Shown here: positions 1 through 11,500 of the stretch, piece after piece
Numbering within the stretch: the stretch's first letter is position 1
Layout of the letters: each line of letters opens with the position of its first letter
Source: Kiritimatiellia bacterium
GTDB taxonomy: Bacteria; Verrucomicrobiota; Kiritimatiellia; JAAZAB01
Assembly (NCBI GenBank): GCA_040767085.1
Contig: JAXGPF010000011.1
Location: 32,001-96,000, forward strand
Length of the DNA stretch: 64,000 nucleotides
Reading direction: 5' to 3'
Made by a program: the position numbers and the translations under genes
Notes under the pieces: model-generated
Databases searched by the model: none
Told to the model about the DNA's origin: nothing
The model's input: only the letters and a program-made list of their open reading frames with translations

Positions 1-2
1 GC

Positions 3-926
3 ATCATGAACTCGCAACAGGCCCTCGAGCCCCAGGCCGTCCCCGGGCGGCTGCTCGTGGTGGGCGGGGGCTACATCGGTTTGGAGCTGGGACAAGTTTA
101 TGCGGCGCTCGGATCGAAAGTGACCGTGGTGGAGATGATGCCCGAAGTCCTGCCGGGCGCGGATCGCGACTTGATGCAATTCCTGTCCAAGCGCCTCAAC
201 AACCAATTCGAGAGCATCAAGACCAATACGCGGGTTGTGCAAATGGAACAAACGGACGGCGGAATGCGCGTAGTGCTGGACGGCGAACACGGCGGCAAGC
301 ACCTTTTTGACAAGGTCATGGTCTCCGTGGGCCGTAAACCGTTCAGCCAGGATGTTGGGCTGGAGCATACCCGCGTAAGCGTGACGGCGCAGGGATTCAT
401 CGAGGTGGACGGGCAGCGCCGTACAAATGAGCCGTCAATCTTCGCGGTGGGCGATGTAGCTGGCAAACCCATGCTGGCGCACAAGGCCACGCATGAAGGC
501 GTGGTTGCCGCTGAAGCTGCCGCGGGGAAAAAGACGGCATTTGAACCACGGGCCATTCCCTTCGTCGTGTTTTCCGATCCGGAGATCGCCTGGTGCGGGC
601 TATCGGAGACGGAGGCCCGGAAGCGGTCAAGCAAAGTGAAAATCACGACCTTCCCCTGGGCCGCTTCCGGCCGCGCCGCGACGATTTCCCGTCCGGACGG
701 CGTTACTAAACTGCTGTGCGATCCCGAGAACGGCCGCATCCTGGGCGTCGGCATCGCGGGCCCCGGCGCCGGTGAACTGCTGGCTGAAGCCGTTTTGGCC
801 GTGGAAATGGGAGCAACGGCCGCCGATTTGGCGTTAACAATTCACACCCACCCAACGTTGTCTGAAACCTTGATGGAAACAGCCCAGATGTTCTCGGGCT
901 GCAGCACGCATTTTATACGGAAGTAA
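3..926 (+). CDS. lpdA: Dihydrolipoamide dehydrogenase (E3), 5'-truncated by window edge
   Basis: NAD-binding [25 protein letters not shown] and C-terminal HTHPTLSE catalytic His motif; frame is open back to the window start. Confidence 0.95.
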   Translation: MMNSQQALEPQAVPGRLLVVGGGYIGLELGQVYAALGSKVTVVEMMPEVLPGADRDLMQFLSKRLNNQFESIKTNTRVVQMEQTDGGMRVVLDGEHGGKHLFDKVMVSVGRKPFSQDVGLEHTRVSVTAQGFIEVDGQRRTNEPSIFAVGDVAGKPMLAHKATHEGVVAAEAAAGKKTAFEPRAIPFVVFSDPEIAWCGLSETEARKRSSKVKITTFPWAASGRAATISRPDGVTKLLCDPENGRILGVGIAGPGAGELLAEAVLAVEMGATAADLALTIHTHPTLSETLMETAQMFSGCSTHFIRK

Positions 927-972
927 AGATCATGGTCCGATGGGTTCGGGATTTGGGAAGGGATTGGTTGTC

Positions 973-3243
973 ATGTGCGCAAAAGAATGGACATCCTCTG
1001 CATTTGAGCAAACCGCCGGGAACCCGTCCCGGGGGGAGCCAACGACTTTCATTCCGGCGGATTCGGGCAACACTTCGAATTCGACCGCAAGCCTTCCGCC
1101 GAATCGCCTGATTCACGAAAAGAGCCCCTATCTTCAGCAGCATGCGCACAATCCCGTGGACTGGTATCCCTGGGGCGAAGAAGCTTTCGCAAAGGCGCGG
1201 AAGGAGGGAAAACCTATCTTTCTCTCGGTCGGGTACTCAACCTGCCATTGGTGCCACGTCATGGAACGGCAGTCGTTCGAAAATGCGGAGACCGCGGCGA
1301 TCCTTAACCGGCATTTCGTGTCCATCAAGGTGGATCGGGAGGAACGGCCGGACATCGACAAGGTCTATATGACCTACGTTCAGGCCGCAACCGGCCAGGG
1401 CGGCTGGCCCATGAGTGTATGGTTGACGCCCGATTTGAAACCATTCCTGGGCGGCACCTATTATCCGCCCGAAAGCCGCTGGGGGCGGCCGGGATTCAAG
1501 GACATGCTGCTCCGTGTCGCCGAAGCGTGGCAACACGACCGGGATCGCCTCATCGCCGCCGCCGGCGAGGCGGTTGGACAGCTTCGCCAGGCGGCCGCCG
1601 CGGCGCCAGCCGCCGCGGCCGGCTTGAATGCCGCGCTGCTGGACCGGACATATGCAGCGCTGAAGGCATCCTACGATCCGCAATACGGAGGGTTCGGCGG
1701 CGTTCCGAAATTCCCCAGGCCGGCAGCGCCGGCTTTCATGCTGCGTTACTACGCGCGCAGCCTCCGCTCCGCCTCGACGGGGCCGGCGCGCAAAACAGCG
1801 CAAGACGCGCTCGACCTGACCTTGTTCACGCTCCGCAAGATGGCCGATGGCGGCATGCACGATCATGTCGGCGGCGGCTTTCACCGCTATTCCGTGGATG
1901 AGCGCTGGCACCTGCCGCATTTCGAGAAGATGCTCTACGATCAGGGTCAACTTGCGTGCGTCTACCTGGACGCATGGCAGATCACCCACGACGACTTCTT
2001 CGCGGATGTCGCCGGGGACATCCTGGACTATGTGCGGCGCGACATGACCGATCCCCAGGGCGGATTCTATTCGGCGGAAGATGCCGACAGCCCGCTGCCG
2101 GCGAATCCCCGGGAGCGCGCCGAAGGCGCGTTCTATGTGTGGACCGCGCGCGCGATCGCCGAGGTTCTTGGCGGAAAGGCGAATGCGGCCTTCAACTTTT
2201 ACTACGGCGTCGATGACTCCGGGAATGTTGCCACCGATCCTCTCGGGGAACTGCGCGGCCAGAATATCCTGATCGTATCGCACTCCGTCGAAGAAACCGC
2301 CGCGCTCTTCGGGATGACGCCTGACGGCGTCCGCCGCGCACTGGCCGACGCGCGCGCCAAGTTATTCGCGGCCCGGGAAAAGCGCCCGCGACCGCATCTG
2401 GACGATAAAATCATTGCCGCCTGGAACGGCCTGATGATCTCCGCCTTCGCCCGGGCGTACCAGGTGATGCGCGACAAGCGGAACCTGGCGGCAGCCGAAG
2501 CCGCGGCGCAATTCATTCGCCGGCGCCTATACCGGGAAGAGGATGGCATCCTGCTGCGGCGCTACCGGGATGGCGACGCCGCCATCGAAGGATACGCGGA
2601 CGATTACGCCTTCCTGGCACAGGGCCTCCTCGACCTTTATGAGGCTTCCTTCAAGGTGGAGTTCCTGACGTGGGCGCTGGCGCTCCAGCAGAAGCAGGAT
2701 GAATTGTTCTGGGATAACGGCGCCGGAGGCTACTTCAACACCTCGGGCAAAGACGCGACAATTTTCCTGCGCATGAAGGAAAGCTATGACGGCGCGGAGC
2801 CTTCGCCGAATTCCGTGGCCGTCCTCAACCTTTTACGGATGTCCTGGATGACGGATGACGACGGGCTCCGCGACAAGGCGGAACGGACGCTGTCGGCATG
2901 CGGCGGCGCGCTGCAAGATGTGCCGCACGCCATGCCCCAGATGATGGCCGGTTTCGGCTTCTTCCTGGATCAGCCCATGCAGGTCGTCATTGCCGGCAAG
3001 CCCCGCGCCCAGGACACGATCGCGATGCTCCGCGAGGTCCATGCGCGTTTCATGCCCAACAAGATCGTCATGCTTGCCGACGGCGGCAAGGGCCAGCAAG
3101 CGCTGGCGGAACATCTTGAATTCATCAAGAACTTCTGCATGCGCGACGGCAAAGCCACCGCTTATGTCTGCGAAAACTATGTCTGCCGAAGTCCGACGAC
3201 TGACGTCACAACGCTGGCGCGGATCATCAGGGAGGGCCATTAG
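973..3243 (+). CDS. Thioredoxin-domain protein, YyaL/SSP411 (DUF255) family
   Basis: [63 protein letters not shown]. Start could be 940 or 973. Confidence 0.93.
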   Translation: MCAKEWTSSAFEQTAGNPSRGEPTTFIPADSGNTSNSTASLPPNRLIHEKSPYLQQHAHNPVDWYPWGEEAFAKARKEGKPIFLSVGYSTCHWCHVMERQSFENAETAAILNRHFVSIKVDREERPDIDKVYMTYVQAATGQGGWPMSVWLTPDLKPFLGGTYYPPESRWGRPGFKDMLLRVAEAWQHDRDRLIAAAGEAVGQLRQAAAAAPAAAAGLNAALLDRTYAALKASYDPQYGGFGGVPKFPRPAAPAFMLRYYARSLRSASTGPARKTAQDALDLTLFTLRKMADGGMHDHVGGGFHRYSVDERWHLPHFEKMLYDQGQLACVYLDAWQITHDDFFADVAGDILDYVRRDMTDPQGGFYSAEDADSPLPANPRERAEGAFYVWTARAIAEVLGGKANAAFNFYYGVDDSGNVATDPLGELRGQNILIVSHSVEETAALFGMTPDGVRRALADARAKLFAAREKRPRPHLDDKIIAAWNGLMISAFARAYQVMRDKRNLAAAEAAAQFIRRRLYREEDGILLRRYRDGDAAIEGYADDYAFLAQGLLDLYEASFKVEFLTWALALQQKQDELFWDNGAGGYFNTSGKDATIFLRMKESYDGAEPSPNSVAVLNLLRMSWMTDDDGLRDKAERTLSACGGALQDVPHAMPQMMAGFGFFLDQPMQVVIAGKPRAQDTIAMLREVHARFMPNKIVMLADGGKGQQALAEHLEFIKNFCMRDGKATAYVCENYVCRSPTTDVTTLARIIREGH

Positions 3244-3347
3244 CCATTGCCCTTGGCGGGCCCGCCGGGCGGGCTGCAAGGAAGGGCATGCGTCATTGGC
3301 GCATGCGTTGGCAGGAGCGTCTGAAAAATACGGGGAGAATGAAACAC

Positions 3348-3926
3348 ATGAAGTTCAACGGCATCAATCATCTGGCAATGGCGACGGGCGACATGGACAT
3401 GACGATCCGGTTCTGGCGTGATTTGCTCGGCATGCGCCTGGTGGCGGGGCTGGGCGAACCGGGTTACCGCCACTACTTCTTCGAGATATCCGACACCGAT
3501 CTGCTCGCGTTCTTCGAATGGCCCGGCGTCAAACCGGTGCGTAAGAAGGAACATGGCCAACCGGTCGAGGGACCGTTTGTGTTCGACCACATCTCCTTCG
3601 GCGTGGACACTGAAGACGATCTCTGGACGCTGAAAGATACGCTGGCCTCGGCCGGCTGCGAAGTGTCGGACATGATCGATCACGGATTCATCCATTCGAT
3701 CTACGCCCACGACCCGAACGGCATTCCGATCGAGTTCAGTTGGAGTGTCGCGGGCATCGACGTGCGCGCCCATCCGGTCATGGGCGATACCCAACCGACG
3801 CCCGCCGCCCGCGAAGGCTCGGATCCTCAGCCGGGCCGATGGCCCGGCGCAACCGCGTCCCTGCCAAAGTGCCAGCGTATCACGTATCAGGGCGCCGGGA
3901 CCGAGCTGTTTCACGGGAAAAAGTAA
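3348..3926 (+). CDS. VOC (glyoxalase/bleomycin resistance) family protein
   Basis: GINHLAMATGDM..T.RFW, DHISFGV, SIYAHDPNGIPIEF; GGGGAG RBS about 10 nt upstream of the ATG at 3348. Confidence 0.88.
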   Translation: MKFNGINHLAMATGDMDMTIRFWRDLLGMRLVAGLGEPGYRHYFFEISDTDLLAFFEWPGVKPVRKKEHGQPVEGPFVFDHISFGVDTEDDLWTLKDTLASAGCEVSDMIDHGFIHSIYAHDPNGIPIEFSWSVAGIDVRAHPVMGDTQPTPAAREGSDPQPGRWPGATASLPKCQRITYQGAGTELFHGKK

Positions 3927-3985
3927 GCGTCCGCCACCGCCGGCGTGAAAGTGTCCGATTGCGCCGGTTGCGAACCGCCGCAACC

Positions 3986-4069
3986 GAACCGTAGAAGATC
4001 GAATCCCGAACTCCCAAGTCGAAATCCACCCTCCGGTATTCCGGCCTTGCCTTCGACATTCTACGGTTC
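3986..4069. repeat. Imperfect inverted repeat within short-period GAACCGC-like repeats
   Basis: GAACCGTAGAAGATCGAA (3986-4003) matches the reverse complement of TTCGACATTCTACGGTTC (4052-4069) at 16 of 18 positions. Confidence 0.6.
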
Positions 4070-4526
4070 TTCAATCTGCGGTTCTGCGGTTCGCCGGAAA
4101 AAGGATGAAGCAAAGGTCATTTTTTAACCGGCGGAAGAAGCGTCATTTCAGACCGGCGTTGACACCTGGACGAGGGCGTGCCGGCTCCATGAGAGGCTGG
4201 TGTGGCGCCGATATCCTGTAAGATGCCCCTGCCCCGCCAAAATCCGCGTTGCTCCCGAACATGTCCAACCGGCCCTCCGGCTTGTCCTAACCGCCCGCGA
4301 CATGATCGCCATCTAAAAATGACCATACCTATAACAAAAACGACAAAAATGGCTCTGGCGGCAACCGGCGCCCTTTCTGTCTCCACGGTCAATCGTGTTA
4401 AATCTCACAGCCAATTGTGTCCCTCCCCCCCCTGATTCGGCACGATATAAACCTGTTACAGGTTTTTTAAATAAGACGGCCAGTCGCGCAATCATATTTT
4501 GGTTTATAGCTATTTTGTAAAATAAG

Positions 4527-4763
4527 CTGGACTACCTGTTTGAGCATCCGCTGACATCGGTAAAAATGGTGGAGCAGCACATTGACTGCTCCTACGTCAA
4601 GGCGAACAAACTTGTCCTGCAATTCGAGAAACTCGGCTTGCTCCAGGAGACTACCGGCTGGCGCCGCAACCGCCGATATCGTTTCAAGCCTTACATTGAC
4701 CTGTTCCACTCTGAGCCGCTTGGAGGCAAGGCATCCTGCTGCCACAAAGGGGTATGCCTTTGA
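4527..4763 (+). pseudogene. C-terminal winged-helix remnant of a Fic-family protein
   Basis: LDYLFEHPLTSVKMVEQHIDCSYVKANKLVLQFEKLGLLQETTGWRRNRRYRFKPYIDLF resembles the C-terminus of Fic/wHTH proteins; no Fic domain is encoded upstream. Confidence 0.7.
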
Positions 4764-4859
4764 TTTCCCGGCGAACCCGATGACGACCTCCAGTTTCTAC
4801 GGTGGAATTTGGAGGTATGCGGCGATTGGCCGGAATTGTGCTCGGGAAATCATCGATTG

Positions 4860-5063
4860 GCGTCTTCGGTCAGGCCTTAACCTAAGCCTCTCCTGTGCTT
4901 TGACTAACGGTAGTTATTCGTCACGCTCCCGTGACATCACTTCCAATCTCTGCCGTTCCTTACTGCTCAACATTACGTCTTCCATGCCCCTCCCCCAAAA
5001 GGGGCATTATGAGGACATTTTAATCGAGTCCATAAGGGGACATTGTTAAAGAGTCACGACACA
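4860..5063 (-). mobile_element. IS1202/ISNCY-like left end with a decayed transposase N-terminus
   Basis: Minus strand starts TGT, then two AATGTCC boxes, a GGAGG RBS and ATG at 4985 reading MEDVMLSSKERQRLEVMSRERDE*LPLVKAQERL (internal stop). Confidence 0.6.
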
Positions 5064-5067
5064 TCCC

Positions 5068-6647
5068 TTAACGCACCAAAAACATGGTCAGTTGTCGAAT
5101 ATATTCATAGGCGCCAATGTCAACCATGCCTTCGCGAATTCTAATCCGGGCGTCGAGATCGCTTGCGTTTTGCATCCAGTCCCGGTAGTCGCCGGCATTG
5201 ATACACTGCGAATTTTTGCTCAAACGCCAATTGCCTGCCTCCAGGTCGGCAAATTGCGGAGCTTCCGTTATATTGTTCGTCGAAAGCGCGATGGATCCCA
5301 CGCCGCTAAGCGCGGGCGCAAAGCAGCAATTCGAATAACTCCCATTGCCGCCTCCGGCGCCTACGTTGTAGTAGTTGCTGTGCATGCCACCTGTCGGCAC
5401 GCTGTTATAATAAATAATGCAGTTTGCAAGATAGGCGATGGTATAACCCAAATAGACTCCGCCGCCTTCCGCCCCGTTAATAAGCTGATTGCTCACAATC
5501 GTGCAGTTGTCCACCGTGCTGACATCCGGAAGCGCAAGTCCGCCGCCTGTATTAGTGGCGGTGTTCCCGACGACCAGGCAATTACACATGAGCGATCCCC
5601 CTGACAAATAGGCGCCGCCACCGCTATTCGCGCCATAATTATCCCGTATTTCGCTGTTCACTAACATGGCGCCAGCGCTTTCGCCTCGCATATAAACTCC
5701 GCCGCCGCTGGCTGAATCGGACAATCCGTTTACTTTATTGCCGATGATTTGGGAATTGGCGACAACGATGCCATACCGGGCATAAATTCCGCCCCCAAAA
5801 CTACTGCATTCATTGCTGCGCACCAAACAATTTGTAACCAGCCCGGCCGTATGCAGCCAAATTCCGCCGCCGCCTGTCGCCGCCAGATTATTGGAGATAA
5901 AACAGTCTTTTATTACCGGACTAGTGGTGGGCTGTCCGGCTACTCCACCGCCGCCGCCATTTACGGCTTCATTTTGATAAACATGACAGTGCTCGAGGAT
6001 CGTGTTGCTGTCGTTCATATAAACCCCGCCACCGCCACCGTATGCGCCGGAATAATTCGCGGTATTGTTCCTGATAATGCAATTTCTTACCGTCCCCTTG
6101 CTCGTATTATAAAAATAAATTCCGCCGCCTTGCGTGGCCGCGATATTATGCGCTACAACACAGTCCTCCACCAGGCAACCCGAGCGTCGCAGATATATCC
6201 CCCCCCGGCCCCTGCTGACACATTGCTGATAACGATACAATTGCGCAATGTGCCTCCATCCCAGATTTGAACACCGACCGCACCGTTAATAATCGTAAAC
6301 CCCTCAACCACGGCGCCGGTATGGCTTATATAAAACCCTTTAACACTCGCATTCCCGTTAATAATTGTGTTAGTCGGATCCACAATCCCATTATTCCAAC
6401 TCCGCACGGTTATCGGTTTTAACACATCAATTTGTGCCGACACCCCATATTTTCCGTTCGACACCAACACCAGGTCGTTCTCCGCGGTTGCCTTCGCCAC
6501 GCCGTTGCTGATCGTGAGCACCGCGTTGGTCCAATCCGTCTGGCCGGTCCGGGCATCATCCCCATCCGTGGCCACGTAAATCGTCTTCGCCCCCGCCATC
6601 AACACAGCCGCCAGCCAGATTACCGCGCTATACCGATATTTTTTCAC
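5068..6647 (-). pseudogene. Secreted right-handed beta-helix (GGGIY repeat) protein with choice-of-anchor-Q-like C-terminus, frameshifted in a G8 tract
   Basis: AAGGAGG RBS then GTG at 6647, signal peptide, IYVATDGDD. ORFs 6153-6692 and 5068-6240 join if one G is added at 6199-6206. Ends WRL..NS.CINAG...DLD...RI....VDIGAYEY. Confidence 0.82.
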
Positions 6648-6775
6648 AGTAGGCCTCCTTATCATTTCTGCCATTGCTTGAAAAGCCGACAATCATATCT
6701 TTGCGCTTTGCATCACGATCACCGGAACGAGGCAGCATACCAGAACATTTTAAATATTACATTATTTGTTCCATT

Positions 6776-6985
6776 TTATTTAATCTGTAGTTCAATGCAA
6801 TCCAAATCTTTACCTTCTTCCGATGCGCCTTTCAAAATGGCGGTTTGATTGCCGGCATGGTCAACGCCGCGGACGCGCAGATTGCGCACCCCGGCCTTTT
6901 TCTGGTCGCGCTCGCCCGTGCCCAGCATAAACGGTCCCGTATATTGTATATAGTGTTCGCCATCGATGGAATATTCAATTTGTTT
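6776..6985 (-). pseudogene. Separated true 3' end of the GH2-like gene at 8391-12125
   Basis: KQIEYSIDGEHYIQYTGPF...VRGVDHAGNQT...DCIELQIK* aligns with the C-terminus of paralogue 15509-19447 (KQVEIAINSSEYKPYAGPF...RVTDNAGNQT...DCIQIQVH*). Confidence 0.85.
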
Positions 6986-8550
6986 CCTCACCAGAATTTG
7001 TGGGTGATTACCGGTTCGGGCAATTGATTTTTGCGTATGATATAGCGCCATTTCCGCGCCATGAAAAGTTCTGAAGCCATAAGATCGTTTGGTAACCACT
7101 CGAGCTTTATTGTTCAAGCCCTCGGGCGCCAGTAAAAACCTCGTTTCTGGCTCTGATCCAGTTCAAAAGCAGGTCCTCGTGTTTAGCAATGGTTTTAGCC
7201 GCCTTAATGATTGGCGCAATGCGGCTACGACAGGCGCGCTTGACCCATGCCTGGAGATAATTACGCGCCCAGGTTGGGCTGTGATAGCTCCAAAAATGCT
7301 GAAAGCTTTCCTTGAACAAATAGGCGCGGCCGGTTTGCAGTCTTGTGCCCAATATCCGATCAAGCATTTCGCGAGCTTTCGCCGCGCATATAAACTTTGC
7401 GGCGCAGCTGAAGGACAAGCGCTTTTTTCGAGTTTTTGAATTGGCCGCCGGACGCGCTGTCATCGCCGCCATATCCCGGCGCCGGCAAACCTCGTCCACG
7501 GCGGCATTGGTTTGCACGACATGGAAGCGGTCAATCATGTGGCAACCGTGGCTGAGGTCGCAGCAATGACTATTCAGATAAGGTCGCCACATATCGCTAC
7601 ATATATGTCGAATGCCGGCCAGCACGGGTTTTCCCAAAGATTGCAACCCTTTACGCAGCGCTCGCCCGGCGGGTTTGGCCGACCCAGAGCAATCGGCGCC
7701 ATTGCGCATCAATCTGATAGATCATTGTCAGATAATGCTTGCTCTTTTTACCGTTGCCTACGTGGAGTTTATAAACACCAATCGCCGTTATATTGGCCGC
7801 GATATTATGCGCCAAGCCCCATTCCACCATCAACTCGACCGACCGATAAACCGCCTGCCAACTGACACATTTGAAAATCAGCGCCGTCTCTTTCCAGGAC
7901 ACCGACCTCCGCCGTTAAGTTCCCCAAAAAAAGCATCAGCGCCTTATATAAAAACCGTTTAACATCGCTCCCGTTAATAATTGCGCTTCCACCACCACGC
8001 CATGTTCGGGGCAATTTACCCGGCGCGGACTATAATGCAAAAAACACATTCAAAATGTGCACACACGCCCATATCCGTTCAGGCACCAGGTCGTTCTCCG
8101 CGTTATGTCGCCAGCGGTGCCCGCAACGCGTTGGCAGCATGCCGCGCGTTGGCCGGTCCGGGCATCGAATCCCCATCCGTGGCCACTTTCCATTGGCCGC
8201 GACCATCAAAAACCATACAAGATTACCTGATACCGAATTTTTTAAAACGTTTCAAATTTCTGCCATTGCTTGAAAAACGATTCGCTTTGCATCAAAATTG
8301 TTTTAAGTTTCACAGAACATTTTGGTATTACATTTTTTGTTCCATTTTATTTAATCAATGGATTCAATGCAATCCATTTTTTTGCCGCCCTTATCTCCGT
8401 TCCGCCATTTCAAAATGGCGGTTTGAATCCGGCATGGTCTGCGCGGACGCCAAACGCCCAAAGCGGCCTTTAATAACGGTCGCACCATCCCGTGCCCATT
8501 GCATAAACTTCTTATATTGTATATAGTTTTTTCCCACAAATTCGATGGAA
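6986..8550 (-). mobile_element. ISL3-family IS, heavily frameshifted or garbled
   Basis: Fragments ICSDMWRPY, DRFHVV, RAYLFKESFQHFW, NNKARVVTKRSYGFRT, LPEPVITHKFW*. Inverted repeat GAATTTGTGGG (6994-7004) / CCCACAAATTC (8533-8543). Confidence 0.82.
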
Positions 8551-11500
8551 TATTCAATTTGTTTTACGCCCGAATCCTTGTCCGCGGCCTTGATCTCGAA
8601 CACCGTGTTGCGCGTACCGATGTTCTCGTGGCCGCGCTGCTCAAGCGGCGGGTTGGATATCAATTTCATCACCGGCGGTTCGCGGTCATTCTTAACCGCC
8701 GCGCCGGAAGGGCGCGCGGCGCCTTCCCGGACATAGCTGTCGTCTGCCTTTAAGGTAATCCTGGCGATCGCAAACCATTGATTGACGCTTGCCGAGCTTT
8801 CCAGATTCCGGAACTCAAGGGTGTTGGGGCCGGCCACGAGCAACTCTTTGGCAAACGGGATCTTCCAGAAGGACCAGCCCATCTTGACGAATTGATTGGT
8901 CCCCTTAAAAATTGAGTGGCCATTCAGGCATAGTTCCACGTGGGTTATCCCCGGCTTGTCAAAATCCTGCCCCTCCAAGGCAAGCACCAGTTGTTGCTCG
9001 AAAGTTTCGGGAACCTGGGAAGCCTTCAATACAAAGGCGGCCCGCGCCCGTTGTCCGGCGGAGATTGAAAGCGCATTCTTGGGCGCGATGCCGAAAATCT
9101 TGTAATTCGGCACAAAATCACCGCCGTCAAAGTTCTGGAGTTTAATGCCGGCCGTGTTATGCGCGATCAGCGGCCCGGCGTCTTCCAGGAAGCCCCGCAA
9201 CGTCCGGGTGCTGATCTCTCCGGCAGGATTGAATTGGGGGCCGGAAACATATTCCAGGATGGAATCGAAAAGGGTCGCACACACGGGATTTTCCATATCC
9301 ATGGCGCAGGTGGTCACAAAAAGACGCCCTTTGCCGGCCATCAGCTCGAAAATGGAGGCCTGGTCTGCTTGCCGGCGAAGATGAATAATTTCAAGGATGG
9401 GGTTAAAAGGCACATCCTTCATCAATTTCTGATTTGGATTGAAAACAAGTTTGGAAGCATAGGCATCGCTGGTTCGATCATTCCGGAAAATCACGGGCGC
9501 AGCGCCGTTCAACAGCGGATAAAATTGCCAGTCGCCCCAGCCGTCATTCGGTATGTCCTTGAAAACGGGATGCTTATACACGATAGTGCCATGGTTATGA
9601 TGATTTCTATGCCCCTGCTCAAATTTCGCCCACTGGGTGTAAAGCGGCAGCGGCTTACCGCCCACCAGCACAACGTCGCCGCCTTCCTCCAAATGCCGGA
9701 TGGCCAGATCATCAAGCAGGTCCACGATCCACAACTTCGTCCCGGCCGTCTCATCCTTCAGATAGCGCATTGCCGGACACTTGCTTTTTAACAATGAATG
9801 CATATTGTGCGAGCAGGCCGCCTCAACGTTCGGCGCCGGCCGCTTTTTGAACACCCAGAAGTCCCAGTCATTCCGAATCGTCCGGCCGCTCCCGGACAGC
9901 GTCAGGGCAAGATTGAGCTTGCTGTTTCGGGCAACAGCCGGCCAGTTGAACTTGATGGGGGCGAGGTGTGTCACCTTGCCGGGCGGCATATCGCCGGCTT
10001 GCGCGGCGCCATGGAGAAGAATTTTATCGCCATCTTTAAGTTCCCAGACGAATTTTCCCTGCGCAAGGCTCTCGGCCCCGTAAAGCGACGCCATGGTCAG
10101 CGCTTCAAACGGCTCGCCTTCCCACCAGCAATATTTCAGGCCCATGCCGGCGTCCCAATCCAGCAGCAGCACGTCGTCATTATTAAACCGGCGGAATCCT
10201 TCCGCGGTGAAGCCGGGCGAATCTTCCGCTAAAAAAAGCGTCAGCCCGCCATGCCCGCATATATCCTGGTATCCGGAAAGATTGCCGCACTTGCGCATCT
10301 TTTCGCCCACATATTTAAATAGAATGGCGCTCAGCCGGGACATATTCTCGTAACACAAGCGGGACCGCTCATCCGGGGAGTAATCGGCAACCTGCTTATC
10401 GATCTCCGATTTTTGCGCCGGCCACCTGCCCCACCGGTAAATCATGTTTTCGACGCCTTTTTTACCGTATCGTAAAGTGGTGGTTTTCCCATCCTTGGGA
10501 AACGCATAGCGCGGCCGATTGCTCTGCATAACTTCATGGGCAATCAGCGGGCGTTTATAAACCGTAAACCATTCATTGATCTCCCGCCAGTTTCCCGCCA
10601 GCGGATAGTAACTGAAACAGCCGAGGGGATTATATTGTCCGAAGATATCGGAAAATTCCGTAATCTTCATTAAGCGCTGCGCATGGTGAGGAAATGGCTG
10701 GGGGGTCAGGGAGCGTTTGTCTTCCGGGGAAAACGAATATTCAATGCCGCGCATGGCCTGGTTGGGCATCAGCAAGGATTCCGGGTTGAGCGCCTTGATG
10801 GCATGATTGCACCTGGCCACATCATCAATGAAACCGTCATAATAATTCATCTCTCCGCCGAGAACGTAGATTGACATGCTGGGATAGCGGCGCGTCCAGC
10901 GGGCAATATCCGCCCATAAAAAAGGCGCCTGCAGCGAGCCATTGCTTACGTTCAGCGCCTTGCCCAGGTATCCGTTATCCTTCGCATCCAGCATATACCC
11001 GCTCTGGACAACAATCCCTGCCTCGTCGGCCGCCGCCAGGGCCTCCGGGGACGCAATGCTCAGCCAATCCACGCCGTTATAGCCGCGGTCTTTGATCAGC
11101 CGAAAATATTTGAGCCAATAATCCTTGTCCTGGGGATAGCGCCAGTGGGCCGCGTGTTCGGGGTTGGCGTAGATTTGTCTCAAGAAAATCGGCTGGCCGT
11201 TGAGCTTTAGGGTTCTTTCCTCGGTGCTCCAGCGCCTTAATCCGAATCTCCGCTTCAAGGTGTCGATCACCTTGCCCTGCTCTTCCCAGGACAGCTCGGC
11301 AATATAAAGAACGGGATGATCCGGATGCCAGGGCTTGATTCCGGGATGTTCCGAGCGCCAGCTTACCGTTTGCAGATTGCTGAAAGCACCCGCCGCCGCT
11401 ACCCCCCGACCAACCACCTGCTCCGTTTTCCATTCCTTGATCACCCATTTCAGCGACGAATTATTGATCATCTGTTCGTTGAACGGCGCTTTTAAATCCG

